A DNA stretch of 61,040 bases, counting the filler, from Sphacelaria rigidula (lineage: Eukaryota), in assembly GCA_964200075.2 (NCBI GenBank). It is 9 parts of 9 records of this genome, joined end to end, with 100 filler letters (N's around TTAATTAATTAA, not from the genome) between each part and the next. Parts side by side here need not be neighbours in the genome. Positions count along the whole stretch, not along the records: positions 1 to 6,694 come from CAXNAA020018570.1; positions 6,795 to 13,488 come from CAXNAA020018571.1; 7 more parts are not named here. One strand, written 5' to 3'. The notes under the pieces were generated by a model. The model saw nothing but the letters and a program-made list of their open reading frames with translations. It was not told the DNA's origin and did no database searches. Both the position numbers and the translations under genes were made by a program. Positions 1 through 11,033 of the stretch are shown piece after piece (position 1 is the first letter of the stretch; each line of letters begins with the position of its first letter).

Positions 1-68
1 AATCGAACCCCCCAACTCAACCATCAGAAGGTTACGAGGTTACCAACTGAGCCACCGGGGCGACCGGC
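1..68 (-). mobile_element. tRNA-derived SINE head (family S1), cut by the window start
   Basis: Minus strand GCCGGTCGCCCCGGTGGCTCAGTTGGTAACC...GGTTCGATT has Pol III A box (TGGCTCAGTTGG) and B box; same head at 5555 and 40495. Confidence 0.7.
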
Positions 69-190
69 TCAGTGCTTGAGCATAATAGAAGACACGAACA
101 ACAAATAATCAAACAACAGGCTCCTTGATTTCGTCGCACATGGCTCTCTCGATGGAGGCTTCAAACTCTCCCGTTCTCACAGCACGTTAA

Positions 191-364
191 GGCCGTGTCT
201 TATCAAGAGAAAAAAAAAGCGGAATGACGAACAAGCGTCCAAAAGCAGCATGTTGATCACCACCGGACGGGTCTATGGTTGCGGTGACTAAATCAGCATG
301 CTACTGTACTTTTTGATCCTTGTTCTTTCTCCCGCTTGTTTTTTCGGCCTCGATAAGACATGAT
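191..364. mobile_element. Degenerate MITE / hairpin, possibly PIF-Harbinger (Tourist)-like
   Basis: Imperfect ~70-bp inverted arms TGTCTTATC...AGCATG(T/C)TGAT; left end TAA|GGCC. Confidence 0.45.
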
Positions 365-833
365 CATGGCATAACCTAATGGCGTCATGGTTTTGCCGTA
401 TGTTGTACTTCACCCAGATATTGGATGGAATTATTTCAAACCTTTTGCATTGGATATCTCATGATTTGCCAAATTATTCGTTTGCATGTGTTTATTCCAA
501 AATACTAGTGGCGCAGGAGATTCTGCATTTGACAACGAGCGCAGCGGTAGTATCCAGAACGTAATTGTCTAGGCATAGGTCCTGCCGAAGTCAAACAAAG
601 CGATTCGAGCCATTTACTTTTTTATTTTTTGACTTGATCGGACTTCATCCTAGGTGTTTGAGTTGATGAGGGTTGTATTTTTCCACGAAAAAAATTGCAA
701 TAGAACGCTGATGATGCTAAGGTTATGTCCATTTCCTTGGGAATGCGACAAGCGAGATATGAAGAGATTATTAGTCTCTCGCAACACCCTGGGATTGATC
801 AGCGCGCTGAGGTGGGGCGGAATGGCGGGGCCC

Positions 834-1340
834 GTACTCGTAATCTTGCATGCTGTTCTCATAAGGTCGTTGATCTCGCATCCCCACAAAGCTGGGGCGG
901 AGCATGCCGGGTTTTCTTTGGGCCAGGCTCGCAATCAACCACCAAACGTGAAGCGCCGTTGTGTGTTATGCTAGTGGCATGAGCGGTACCCTGCATCCTG
1001 CTCAGATTTTTCGGCTCGAAGTGTACTAATTATCTCGCACATGGATGACAACGTCGAATGGGTTGCTTCATTTTCTGGTATCGCGACTTCGAGAGAGAGC
1101 CAAGGATTGCACATCGCCTCGAGTGTGTCCCACCCTTTCAACACTGCGTAGTACGATCATCGCCTTTGCGCGGAGTTCGGGTTCTGCACCCTACACAATA
1201 TGATCCAGCTCAACCACCATCATGGTTATCGCAAAAAAAATCAAGTGAGGAGAAGAATGGTCACCTGGTCTCCTAGCTTACGCCGTGGGTGGTGTGTTTT
1301 ACAGCGTCATTGCCAACCAACGTCAATCCTGAAGAGTGCC
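834..1340 (-). mobile_element. ~510-bp non-LTR element (family B) with LINE-like 3' end
   Basis: Aligns by eye over its full length to 19062-19585 (+) and in part to 57394-57580 and 60970-61040; 3' end ...GATTACGAGTAC then a C-rich tract. Confidence 0.7.
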
Positions 1341-1342
1341 GA

Positions 1343-1440
1343 GGGGGGGGGGGGGGGGGGGGGCGTACTCATCTGTCGCTTGCTTCGTCGTTTGACCATT
1401 GACCACACGTCCCTTTCGAGACGGAGCACCGTTCCTACTC
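1343..1440 (-). mobile_element. Short 3' fragment of LINE family A with poly(C) tail
   Basis: GGTGCTCCGTCTCGAAAGGGACGTGTGGTCAATGG...ATGAGTACG matches the 3' end of the LINE at 11034, followed by about 21 C. Confidence 0.75.
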
Positions 1441-2199
1441 CTCCCGTGGCGGGGGTCACAAAAACATGCTACATAATCACAAACCTCTAACGTTACTTCC
1501 CCAAGGTCTCCCTCACGAGACTGACTTGAACCCTGTTTCGTTGCACGACTGTCATACTGCTGTGCCTAACCCTTGTCCCGTAGGGGGAGTGAATAGACAC
1601 GAAAGTACCGACGGACGACGCCTTCTCTCGTCCCATTCCCCCTCATCCTGCTCCAAAGCTTCGATTATTATTCTCCGCTCGTCACGCAAAGATGATGCGA
1701 TAGTGCAATCGTCCTCACAATCGGTCCTACTCGCAGGGTGCTGTATTTTGTCCTGATAAAAAAAAAGCAATGGGTATCAAATCAAGCGTGCGACGCAAAG
1801 CCCCTCAAACTCGCGAATCTCGCCCATTATCTGAAAACATGTAAACTCTGCCGTTCTCTCCGTGCTTCATTTCCGAGCACATGCCTTTGCTTGCAGCAAG
1901 AAATCTGTGACGGCCTGGCATCACCTTGCACGCCGCCAGCTGCTGCTTTGTTCTATGCCGCTGTGCACAGAGGGCAATTTTGCGTTTGAAGAGCGAGTGC
2001 TCTGTACACTTTGAGTTGCATAGAGTGAAATCACAGATGGAAATCGGCTGTTTTGTGTCGGATTGTTTCAGCATCCAGCCACGAACATGGTCTCTGTTTC
2101 GATTTCACCTTCTGCTTCTGTTCCGATTTCCCGCTCTTCTTCGAATTTCCCATCTTGAAGCTCCATATAGGCTGCTTGTCGCCTACCCCAAGAGGGCCG

Positions 2200-2654
2200 A
2201 GTATGCGACAGCTGTAGCGCTTTCATCGCATTGTTCTCGACACAGGAAGCAAGCCAGCCTGTGGCACTTCACAGCCCCCCGCACACACACACAAGAGCTA
2301 CGAAATCCCGTAGGCGATTTGCTTACTTCGCCACAGCGAATCCGAAAAGGTCCAAGAAGTGGAGGAAAAAAAGCATCATTTTCAGTACATTTTGGTTTGG
2401 TGCGGCGTTTGTGTCACGCATTAAGGAAACCGCTCACGGGATTCCCTAGTTTGGGTGTGTGGGAAGCGCACGCAACAAACCGCAGTCAAATCCTCTGCTT
2501 GTTTGCTGAGAAAACCGCGTTGAAAAGAATTGAGCAAATCAACTACGGGATTACGTAGCTTTTGTGTGTGTGCGGGAGGCTGTGAAGTGGCACAGGCCGG
2601 CTTGCTTCCTGTGTCGAGAACAATGCGATGAAAGCGCTACAGCTGTCGCATACT
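2200..2654. mobile_element. MITE with ~125-bp terminal inverted repeats
   Basis: AGTATGCGACAGCTGTAGCGCTTTCATCGCATTGTTCTCGACACAGGAAGCAAGCC... is repeated inverted, ending at 2654. Confidence 0.85.
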
Positions 2655-2667
2655 AAACCAAGCTAAA

Positions 2668-2784
2668 CCTTTTGGAACCCACTGACGATTCTTGTTTTTG
2701 TGAATCGGCATCATTTTGACTTGGAAATGGATGAAAATGATGCCGATTCACAAAAACAGAAATTGTCAATGGATTCCAAAAGGG
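2668..2784. mobile_element. piggyBac-like palindromic MITE
   Basis: ~50-bp arms, CCTTTTGGAA...TTCCAAAAGGG|TTAA; internal ATGATGCCGATTCA motif shared with 54036-54133. Confidence 0.7.
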
Positions 2785-3794
2785 TTAATTAGGGATCAAG
2801 CGTGTGTACTGTTTGGCAGAGGTTTCACCTAGCTGATGACGTGTTCATTATTCCTCCGCGTTTTTTATCATCAGTGTTGTTCCTATATTATGGAGGCCAT
2901 GTTTGAGCTTAGGCGTGAAGAGAATCTGCACCTGGCTTGAGATGACGCCAAAACTTGGAGGATGCGTAGATTGGTACTAGAGGAAGGTGCCACACTTGCA
3001 GCTGCAGCAGCGGAAGTCGCTAAGGCCCCGGTCTCCATTAAAACGTGTTGATATTTCGGTCAGTTCCAACGATATCTTCCGGGGAATATGCACAATATCA
3101 TAATCGGATATTTCGTGGGAAGTTTTTATTGGAAGTTTCTCATGTGTAAGAATATCCCGCGAGGCATTGATTTGACCTTCGGGTGGGTGGCTTGAGGTTT
3201 GGTTCCACTCGTTGTAGATTAGAGTTGTCAACCCCCCTGCGGGTTACTTCTTTGGTTCTCTACCCTCATGCCAACATTCCTGGACCATGAGCCCTATCTA
3301 TAATGACATATCAGTTGTCGAGATGATCATCGATTGTCGAACAAAACGGTGAATATCGCCGACGCGTCGGGTTTTATTTTTTCGACACCCTACGGTCTAA
3401 TGACGATCATGGTGGGTATGGTGTCAGTCGGGCACGCAAACAGCGACGGATCCTGCCGGCCTCATAATAAATCTTCGCCCCGTCGGGATGAACGCTCGAA
3501 GAAACCCAGCGAAGAAGCATCGTTTTGGTTCCCCCGTACTGCACGTGAGCGTTGAAAGCTGAACGTTCCAGCTCCAAGAAGCGCGACAGGTGAAGGTTAA
3601 GCGACTGTCGCGCGACCAGTGGGTTGTGCCATGGACCCTTGCTGCGTACCTGACGAGGGGGGCGACATCCCGGTGCATGCAAACAGTCTTACAGCGGTAT
3701 CAAGTGACTGTAGAGTACAGCCACACAGGGTTCGCACGTGAACATTTCGGAGATTGCCCCACTTCCACTTCGGCCATGTGTTTTGGATTATGAT

Positions 3795-4330
3795 AAGGTT
3801 ATGTTCTGTAAGGTACGGGTACGTTATGTAGGGTATGAGATTTCTTACATAACTTACAGAACTGTCGGGCTCCGGTATGAAAGTCTTACAAAATTTACAG
3901 AACTGTCGGGTACCGGTATGGGGGGCTCACAGAAGACCGTTATCGGCAATCGGGTATCTCTTTTAGGGCATACCCGCCCCTCAGGTTAGGGTGAAGTTTT
4001 CCCACAGAACTCACAGAACTGTCAAGTAAGGGTATGGGAGGCTTGCAGAACTCACAGAAACGGTCGGGTAGGGTATGGAGGTTGCACAGAAAACCGTACC
4101 CCCAACTGGGTATCTTATCAAGAGCATACTCGTGCCCCCCGGTAACGGTACGGGGGGCTTACAGAACTCACAGAACTATCGGGTACGGGTATGAAGGTCT
4201 TTCAGATATTACAGAACTGTCGGGTACCGGTATGGAAATCTCACAGAGTTCACAGAACTGCCGGGTACGGTAAATACCGGGCAGAATACCCCGGGTATAC
4301 GGAAAACTGTCCCCCACAGAACACGACCTT
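3795..4330. mobile_element. Non-autonomous TIR element with internal ~40-bp repeats (ACAGAACTGTCGGGTACCGGTATG)
   Basis: Ends AAGGTTATGTTCTGT...ACAGAACACGACCTT; partial copies at 4990-5135 and 59066-59334. Confidence 0.7.
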
Positions 4331-4543
4331 GGTATGTGGTTGGACCTACGTCACGACAACAGTGGGGAAATACAGATGACAGTTCACGAAAACTCTGAAC
4401 GGCTTCACGGGGTTGAGAGGCAAAGACTACACGAAAATCGCAATAGTTCATGTGCACGGAATCGTCAACATCTATCGGCTTGACGTACACTCCCAGAGAG
4501 TACACGAAGGAGTATTCACGGCCGCCCGTTCTCTGGAAGCCCT

Positions 4544-5479
4544 TCAGCACGCGACAAAATCGCCGACGGCCTGGACGACTTTCGGTGGCAGCTCATAGTC
4601 TGTGCTGTTCGTGTCGATAACGCCCTGGGGTTTGATGACCACGACACAACCACCATCAACGTCGATGACACGCATCTTGCTACTTGATCCTCTGGTGGCG
4701 CAGATGAACCACCCCCGCTCGAGCCACCACTCGCGAGTCTCGGGGTGATTGATCCTGGTGGTCTGCAGTGCTGCCCGTGTTTCGTGTTTTCACTCAGCGG
4801 TACCTCGTATCCCGTCAGATCCCAAACTACAGAACTTTCAACATTGAATTATTGTTGGCGTGCAGTTTTGAATGAAGGAGTTGGGTGGGTTGATCGATGG
4901 AAGGTACATATTCAGGTCATGTGGCTGTGTTTGGATTGAACCTGTGTCCGTACCTCCCCAAGGTATATTATATACCTGTGCTCATACCTGCAATCGGGTA
5001 TATCTATAACGGTATACCCTAACCCCGGGTAGGGATATGGGAGGCTTGCAGAGCTCACAGAACTGTCGGGTACGGTAAATACCCTGCGAAATACCCCGGG
5101 TTTACAAAAAACCGTACCCTACAGAGCACAACCTTCAATTGTTACACGATCTCACTGCTTAACATATGTGGAAATGTACCACTGTTCACCCTGGACGAGA
5201 ACTTTTTACAGTCATTTACAATGTCAAAGAGTGTACTGTGTACAGTGTGGAATCTATTGCCTACTGCGACGTGTCGCAATAGTGGGTATTGCTCGCAGTA
5301 CACCTCGAGACTGTCGAAATCTCAACGGTGTGAAATGTTACAGGCGGCTTGCGCGCCATAGCGGCTGTTACCATAGAGCTTCGCATAAGATACAGGCAGG
5401 CATTATAGCGAAGGAGGCGGTCTTTTACTCCTGCGTGCGCCACCTCCGGCAAGTGCACGCTTGGTTGCAACACCGGAAG
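4544..5479 (-). CDS. Two candidate exons of an unknown gene (5372-5479; 4544-4762)
   Basis: AG/GT borders with a phase-0 join give LPVLQPSVHLPEVAHAGVKDRLLRYNACLYLMRSSM-TTRINHPETREWWLERGWFIC...GDFVAC*; no domain recognised. Confidence 0.3.
4990..5135. mobile_element. Right-end fragment of the 3795-4330 element family
   Basis: CACAGAACTGTCGGGTACGGTAAATACC...CCGTACCCTACAGAGCACAACCTT. Confidence 0.7.
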
Positions 5480-5554
5480 CTGCATAAAATGTGGCGCAGC
5501 AAGAGGTGATATACCACGTACACACGGACACGAAGCAGTGATGAACATGAAAAA

Positions 5555-5904
5555 GCCGGTCGCCCCGGTGGCTCAGTTGGTAACCTTGTATCCCTCTGAC
5601 GGTTGGGTCATAAGTTTGAATCTCGGAGCGATCTGGGATATTTTCTCACATGCCCAGCAGTGGAGAGCGACTATGTCGTGGGTACAAAAAAATCGACTCA
5701 ATGTTTGACGAGGAAAGGGGACTGCTGCACCCCTCTCGCGATAAAATCTAAAGGCGAGCACCGCAGAAGGAAGGTGGAGAATAAAAAATAGAAAAAAGGA
5801 AGAACTCCTGTGTTGACCTTCCTCCTGGGTGACCCCGGCTGGTGCGGCTACATATACCGAAAGGTGTAGACCGGCGTCCAGAATAGATTGGAAGATAACA
5901 CACA
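5555..5904 (+). mobile_element. Probable full-length tRNA-derived SINE (family S1) with long 3' stem-loop
   Basis: A box TGGCTCAGTTGG, degenerate B box AGTTTGAATCTC, 3' fold-back TGTGTT...ACC-GAAA-GGT...AACACA, ACAC-like tail. Confidence 0.6.
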
Positions 5905-6628
5905 TATTGTATACAAGTACGCTCAAGATCCGTGCGCACAGGGTGGGGCCAGCATCTAGAGAACCCTGCACAACTTCGCCGTGTATTACCGGAACGCGAT
6001 CTCTTTTCAGTAGCAATCGCTTGTAATGTGTGCTGTCACGGATCTCGTGCGTGGTGCGGCTTTCTCCACCTCCGCACATCGCCAGTGAAGCCAGCTGTTG
6101 ATGCTGACCGTGCCCGCCTCTCTGAGCCTAGGACAGTAGAAACTGTGGAACATGACTCAAACGACTGGAAGGTAAAAATTGTCCGATGCTAATGCATCCA
6201 TAATATCGAAAAGGAGCAACACTGTTATTGTATTCTGGATAGTTTTTTTTTTATCGTCATGCCCACCATTCACCCCCATAACAGTGAGTGGAGTTTGCCC
6301 GAACTGACCGATAATTCTCCATCGTTGATCATATACTTGGTTTTAGTGTGGACCAGCACGATCAGATTTTCTTGGGGCTGACAGTGCCAGGCGGTATCAG
6401 CACAACGTGCGCAGGACGTGATTCGGTTCAATTCGGCGCCCATTCGATATCCACCCCTCCCTTGCCTGGGTGGGGATTCTCGGCATGCCTTTGGTTGGAG
6501 TTAAAGTTCGGGCTATAAATTGTCGCACTTTAACTGATCTCTGGTGGAGCCAGTCATGGCCATTGTCCACGAGATAGACGACCCTAGGAAAACAAGATGG
6601 AAGAATGCGTCAAAGAAAAGTGAATTAA

Positions 6629-6694
6629 CCCTTAGACCGCGAGGTTAGTCTTTCTGGATCATGCATACTTTTTTTTCACTTGAAAGTGATGCCG
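6629..6694. mobile_element. Left part of piggyBac-like MITE, cut at contig end
   Basis: TTAA|CCCTTAGACCGCGAGGTTAGTCTT, near-identical to 54036-54133. Confidence 0.75.
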
Positions 6695-6794
6695 NNNNNN
6701 NNNNNNNNNNNNNNNNNNNNNNNNNNNNNNNNNNNNNNTTAATTAATTAANNNNNNNNNNNNNNNNNNNNNNNNNNNNNNNNNNNNNNNNNNNN
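6695..6794. other. Artificial contig linker (N44-TTAATTAATTAA-N44)
   Basis: 100-bp block with six-frame stop core, recurring every 6793-6794 bp. Confidence 0.97.
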
Positions 6795-9700
6795 TTGTAT
6801 TGATTTTTTTTTGGGGTGTTGGGTTGTGGTGTGTGTTTTGGTGGGGGGGAGGGGGGGGGTGGGGGGGGGGGGGGGGGGGGGGGGGGCGAGGGAGAGCGGA
6901 GAATGAAGAGGGCTGGCATGTGCTAACGCATGTGTGGGTATTCGACGCTGCTGTGTTGCCTCTGGCAAAAAAGACGAAAGGGGGAGGGGTGGGTATGCGT
7001 GTGAAAAAGTGTGTGTAGTTGTAGTTGCAAAAACATTTCTCGCTGAGCGTAAAAAATGAGGTGAAATCGACCCACAGCAAGCAGTACGTTTGTTTAGTTG
7101 TTCGCGTGAGATTGCCGTGAGCAAAAGCAATTCACAAATATGTGGGGTTTCTGCGTTTTCGACGTTGGAAAGCCAGTGTCTACGGGTGATACTCTCGAGT
7201 GTTAGTGCAGGTCTTGTATAGAATTTTCACGTCGGAGGTATTGTTGATTTGCTCTCCCCGTTCCGTGATGGTATAATAGTTTATGTATTTCAGCAGAGGG
7301 GGGAATGAGGGATGTATGACTTGGGTGGTTATTCGTGATGTTCATGTACGTGTGTCATGGTGATGTCTGGATTCGGCTGTTGCCTATCGTACTGTACTAC
7401 GTGTGCGTGCCACGGTTTCTGGTGCAGTGTATCGTTCTCCGTGGTCGTGTTGTTCCCGTGTTTGCATCACAGCACGACAGGTACACACGGAATTTGTGTC
7501 ATGTATTGCGCGTATTGATGCCTTTGCATAAGGTGGCATACGGTAGTGGTGATGGTGTAGCTCTTGGCAAGCGGAAGTGTGATGCACGTGTGCTGTTCTG
7601 GTACGCTCAAAACTTGACACACTATTTTTTGCTGCTCCTGACCAACGGGCTGGATTGTTGCAATCAGCTGATGTGAGATGGTCGATCAATCAATCAAACT
7701 GTGCTTACGCGCATCTTGTAGGAGTTGTTTAACATGTGCTGGGACCAGCAGCAGCGGCAGCAGCAGCAGACATGTGCGCCGCAGGTTTCCCCGTGCTTGA
7801 CATGCAGGGAGATGGAAGTGAAACGGTGTTCGCATCTGGGGGGCGGGAGGTGGGGGGGAAGATGTTGGCTACTCTCCAGCGTTGTGGGCAAATACTGAAA
7901 CGATTGTGCATTTGTCGAAAACTGCATCACGAGCAGTAAGGCGGGTTCTTCATACATTGCGCAACAAATGTTGCAAATGATACAGTCGGCGCGTCGACTG
8001 TCCACAGGTCGCGAAATTGAAAACAACAGCTCTGTATCGGCATTTGTACTGGGTTGCAACATGAAGGTTCATTTCTGTGGAGAACATTTACAGTGGTTGG
8101 AAGCATACATACATCGCACGGGTCTCGATCATGAGTACCACAAGATGCGACCTGGGGGAATGAGCACAACCCGCAAGCACGATGTTCGCCGTTTAATAAT
8201 GAAGTATCGTTGGCGGATCTAACAAAGCAGGCGTGAGCCAAGCAGCGGGGGGAAGAGACAAGGAAAAGAGAAATAAACAGGAGAAGGCCGCTGCAAATCC
8301 CCAGGAAGGCAATCGGCGAAATTGATAACTCAGCTCCATCCCGAGGAAATCGACCAGAGGATCATAACTCACGCGCCTTTGCGTGGTCTTCTCTTGCGAA
8401 GGTGCTACTGCCATCTCAAATAACGTATTCGTGGCATAGTAATCATGTGTTTCGGCGTCTATATGTTGAAGATATGCGGTGTTTGTCGTTACGTGGATGA
8501 AAACTTTTGTCCATCCATGTTGTGACTTGAAGCCATCTTTCACGACAAATTTTTCAAAATATGAGCAGACTTTCACTTGATGGGCCAGCCGGCTACCGCC
8601 TCAAGGATATAGACGACGTCCAGAACCAAGAATCGATCCACAGACCGAAAGCTCAGATAGTTCTCCTTCAATGCAACTGATTCTACGATGTGGAATTTCA
8701 GAGAAGTGCCAACGACCCCAAAATCTTCTGGAGAATATTACACAGTAGTAGCTCGGTTGGATTTCGGGACAGCAAGGGTAGGTCAGCCCCGTAGTACTGT
8801 AGAATTATCGTTCGCTCCGAAAATAACCGACTTACTGCACACCATTTTTTCGTGAGAGTTAAACGATCAGACAGTGACTTCACAACGCAAGGGCATCGGT
8901 CGCCTCCCGTGATGGAGTAGCTACGGCATCCCGTCTGATCGCAGTGGGATATTGAGCGAACGAAAGAAAGGCAGCGCCACAAGGTTTCAAACGCAGTTTG
9001 CTCAGCTGCCCTGGCGAGGTGACACAAATTGATTGGAAAAACAATCCCCACCGACACTAACAGAGTCAGCCTAGAAGGGAAACTGCAGCCATGCAGCGAA
9101 TTATACATACATTGGGCACCTACATGCGCTATCCGCCTTGCGCAACGTGGTGCAGTAAACCACCCCCACCCCCCCCCCCCCCCGCGCGCTAAATACTGCC
9201 ACCCCCTTGTCCCTGCAGGCCGCTCCAGCAGGCACAGGCTTTTGGTATCCGACGGGAGCTTACGAAGTCGCCGTGATTAAAGAAATGAAGTCGCGTGCCA
9301 GTCTACGGAACTTGATCCCCGCTTGTCTCCACAACTACAACTGTCAAGCAAGAACGGTCCGCCAACCATGGCACGTACCGTAGGACCCCTCGGAAACGGG
9401 AAAATACATTCTATAAAGCCTGGTAATATTTGCCGTTTGTCTGACTTGAGTAGTCTAAACAAATGCACACACACAGTTGTACACACATATATATTAATAG
9501 TTCGTAAATATAGATGTTGAAAGGCATCCATCCGAGGGAAATACCCACACAACGTTGTCTACATGACGAGAGACAGGACGCGGTATACAACATGTGACCT
9601 CGCAGGGATGAACTTGACTGTATTCTAGTTTACGGAACACGAAAACATGCAAATTTCACGTAACAAGCAATCCCCACTCTATAAGCGGGCATTTGTGCGC

Positions 9701-10292
9701 ACTGCTTTCCATACGCATCCATGAAAGACTTCTAACATGCAGGTGGAAATAGAAAGGAGCTTCAAGCCCACAGCACACAGCTCAACACCGTACAAAGACA
9801 ATCCCCGCTTCTCCCCAGCATGTGGTGTACACGAAACGCAACAAGTCGAGATCGCAGCTTATGTACATTTTGTACAGAAAACGACAGCACCTCCAGATCA
9901 AGAGTGAGTGAGCGTGACTCGATTAAGAAGCGCTACGGACAATCGATTGCTCATCTTCTTGCGTAAAAAGATGCCGAGGTCGAGCGGGTAACTGTCGCCC
10001 TGCGGTAGGACATCTCCGTCCCTCCCCACCTCGGGGCCAAAAAAATAAGTACGCGGCAACACCCGGCATAAAAAACGTCGCAAGCAACTAACTCATCATG
10101 AGCAATCGAGATTCATCTCAAGGAAAACAAAATACGGCAGAAACGGCGGTCGGCTTCACCACTGTTGTAGCGCGCCCTTCCGCATTTTGTCTTCTTGCTG
10201 TGTAAAGCCATGGTGTGTACACAAATCGCTCGTCCTGGTGGCACGTCCAGTTGACTTCTCACGTCTACCAATACCTCATCGCATCCCCAGAC

Positions 10293-10829
10293 TCAGTGGG
10301 CAATCGTCCAAAGAATCGACAAAAACAGGCTCTGGATACCCCCACGCACGACATGCGCCCATACGGGCAGCTTGCATCCGGGGGGAAGCTCAGCGCCGTG
10401 CGTGAACATGTAGATGTTCGCAGGCGTCACCGCCACCGTCAGAGCAAAGAGGCCCAGGGCAACCCTCTTCAGCAGCAAGCCTCCGGCTAAGTCCGCTGCG
10501 CCGGGCACACCTAGCCCGACAGCCGCGAGGCAGCAACCTCCCACAATCTCGGCGATACCGGTCCACTTCACGTGCAGGCTTGCGTTGCCGGGTACATACC
10601 AGAAGCCCCACGCGCCTTTGCCGGGGCATATGTTGCAGGTGTCCTTGAGGTTGGTGAAGTGGGAGAAGCCGACCAAGGCGTAGAACAGACCCATGACGGA
10701 AGGCCACGACGACCTCATTTTGGTGTACCAGCCGGAAGGGAGTAAGGGTTCCAGGGCGGGCAGACCGTGCTTCACCATGGCCTTCGTACCGGCCAAGATG
10801 GCTGCGAACGCCGCACAAAATGTGGCCGC
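10293..10829 (-). CDS. Terminal exon of a DoxX-like algal membrane protein
   Basis: CAG acceptor at 10830-10832, then 179 codons to stop; hydrophobic helices and motifs GFSHF, GAWGFWYVPG, HVKWTGIAEIVGG, LTVAVTPANIYMFTHG. Confidence 0.75.
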   Translation of the reverse strand, partial: AATFCAAFAAILAGTKAMVKHGLPALEPLLPSGWYTKMRSSWPSVMGLFYALVGFSHFTNLKDTCNICPGKGAWGFWYVPGNASLHVKWTGIAEIVGGCCLAAVGLGVPGAADLAGGLLLKRVALGLFALTVAVTPANIYMFTHGAELPPGCKLPVWAHVVRGGIQSLFLSILWTIAH

Positions 10830-11033
10830 CTGTACGTGCGTGTGCGTTTGTGTGTCCGGGAGTGGTGGTGATGGGTTGGGGGGAGGGGGAGGGATGTGCG
10901 GGTGACTTTCAGGTCATCGTATAAATGTGCTAGTCTAGAGGAGAAGTTTGGTTAACGCCTCTTAGCAAAATTGTGAAGTAACAATAGATTCAACTGCATG
11001 GTTCGGAGTCGGGGGTTGGTGCGGGGGCGTATC

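Noticed and set aside
1..68. Functional tRNA genes (also 5555, 40495, 48949)
   Set aside because: The D-stem partner and 3' acceptor strand are missing and the copies are diverged with a shared leader; they read as SINE heads.
2833..2860. Hammerhead ribozyme core CTGATGA (also other CTGANGA hits)
   Set aside because: No stem II followed by GAAA at the sites I inspected.
6739..7130. ORFs ending in XXX-LIN, and TTAATTAATTAA as a biological motif
   Set aside because: They run into the artificial linker.
7860..8222. Decayed transposase-like reading frame
   Set aside because: Protein-like, but it has an internal stop and no motif I can assign.
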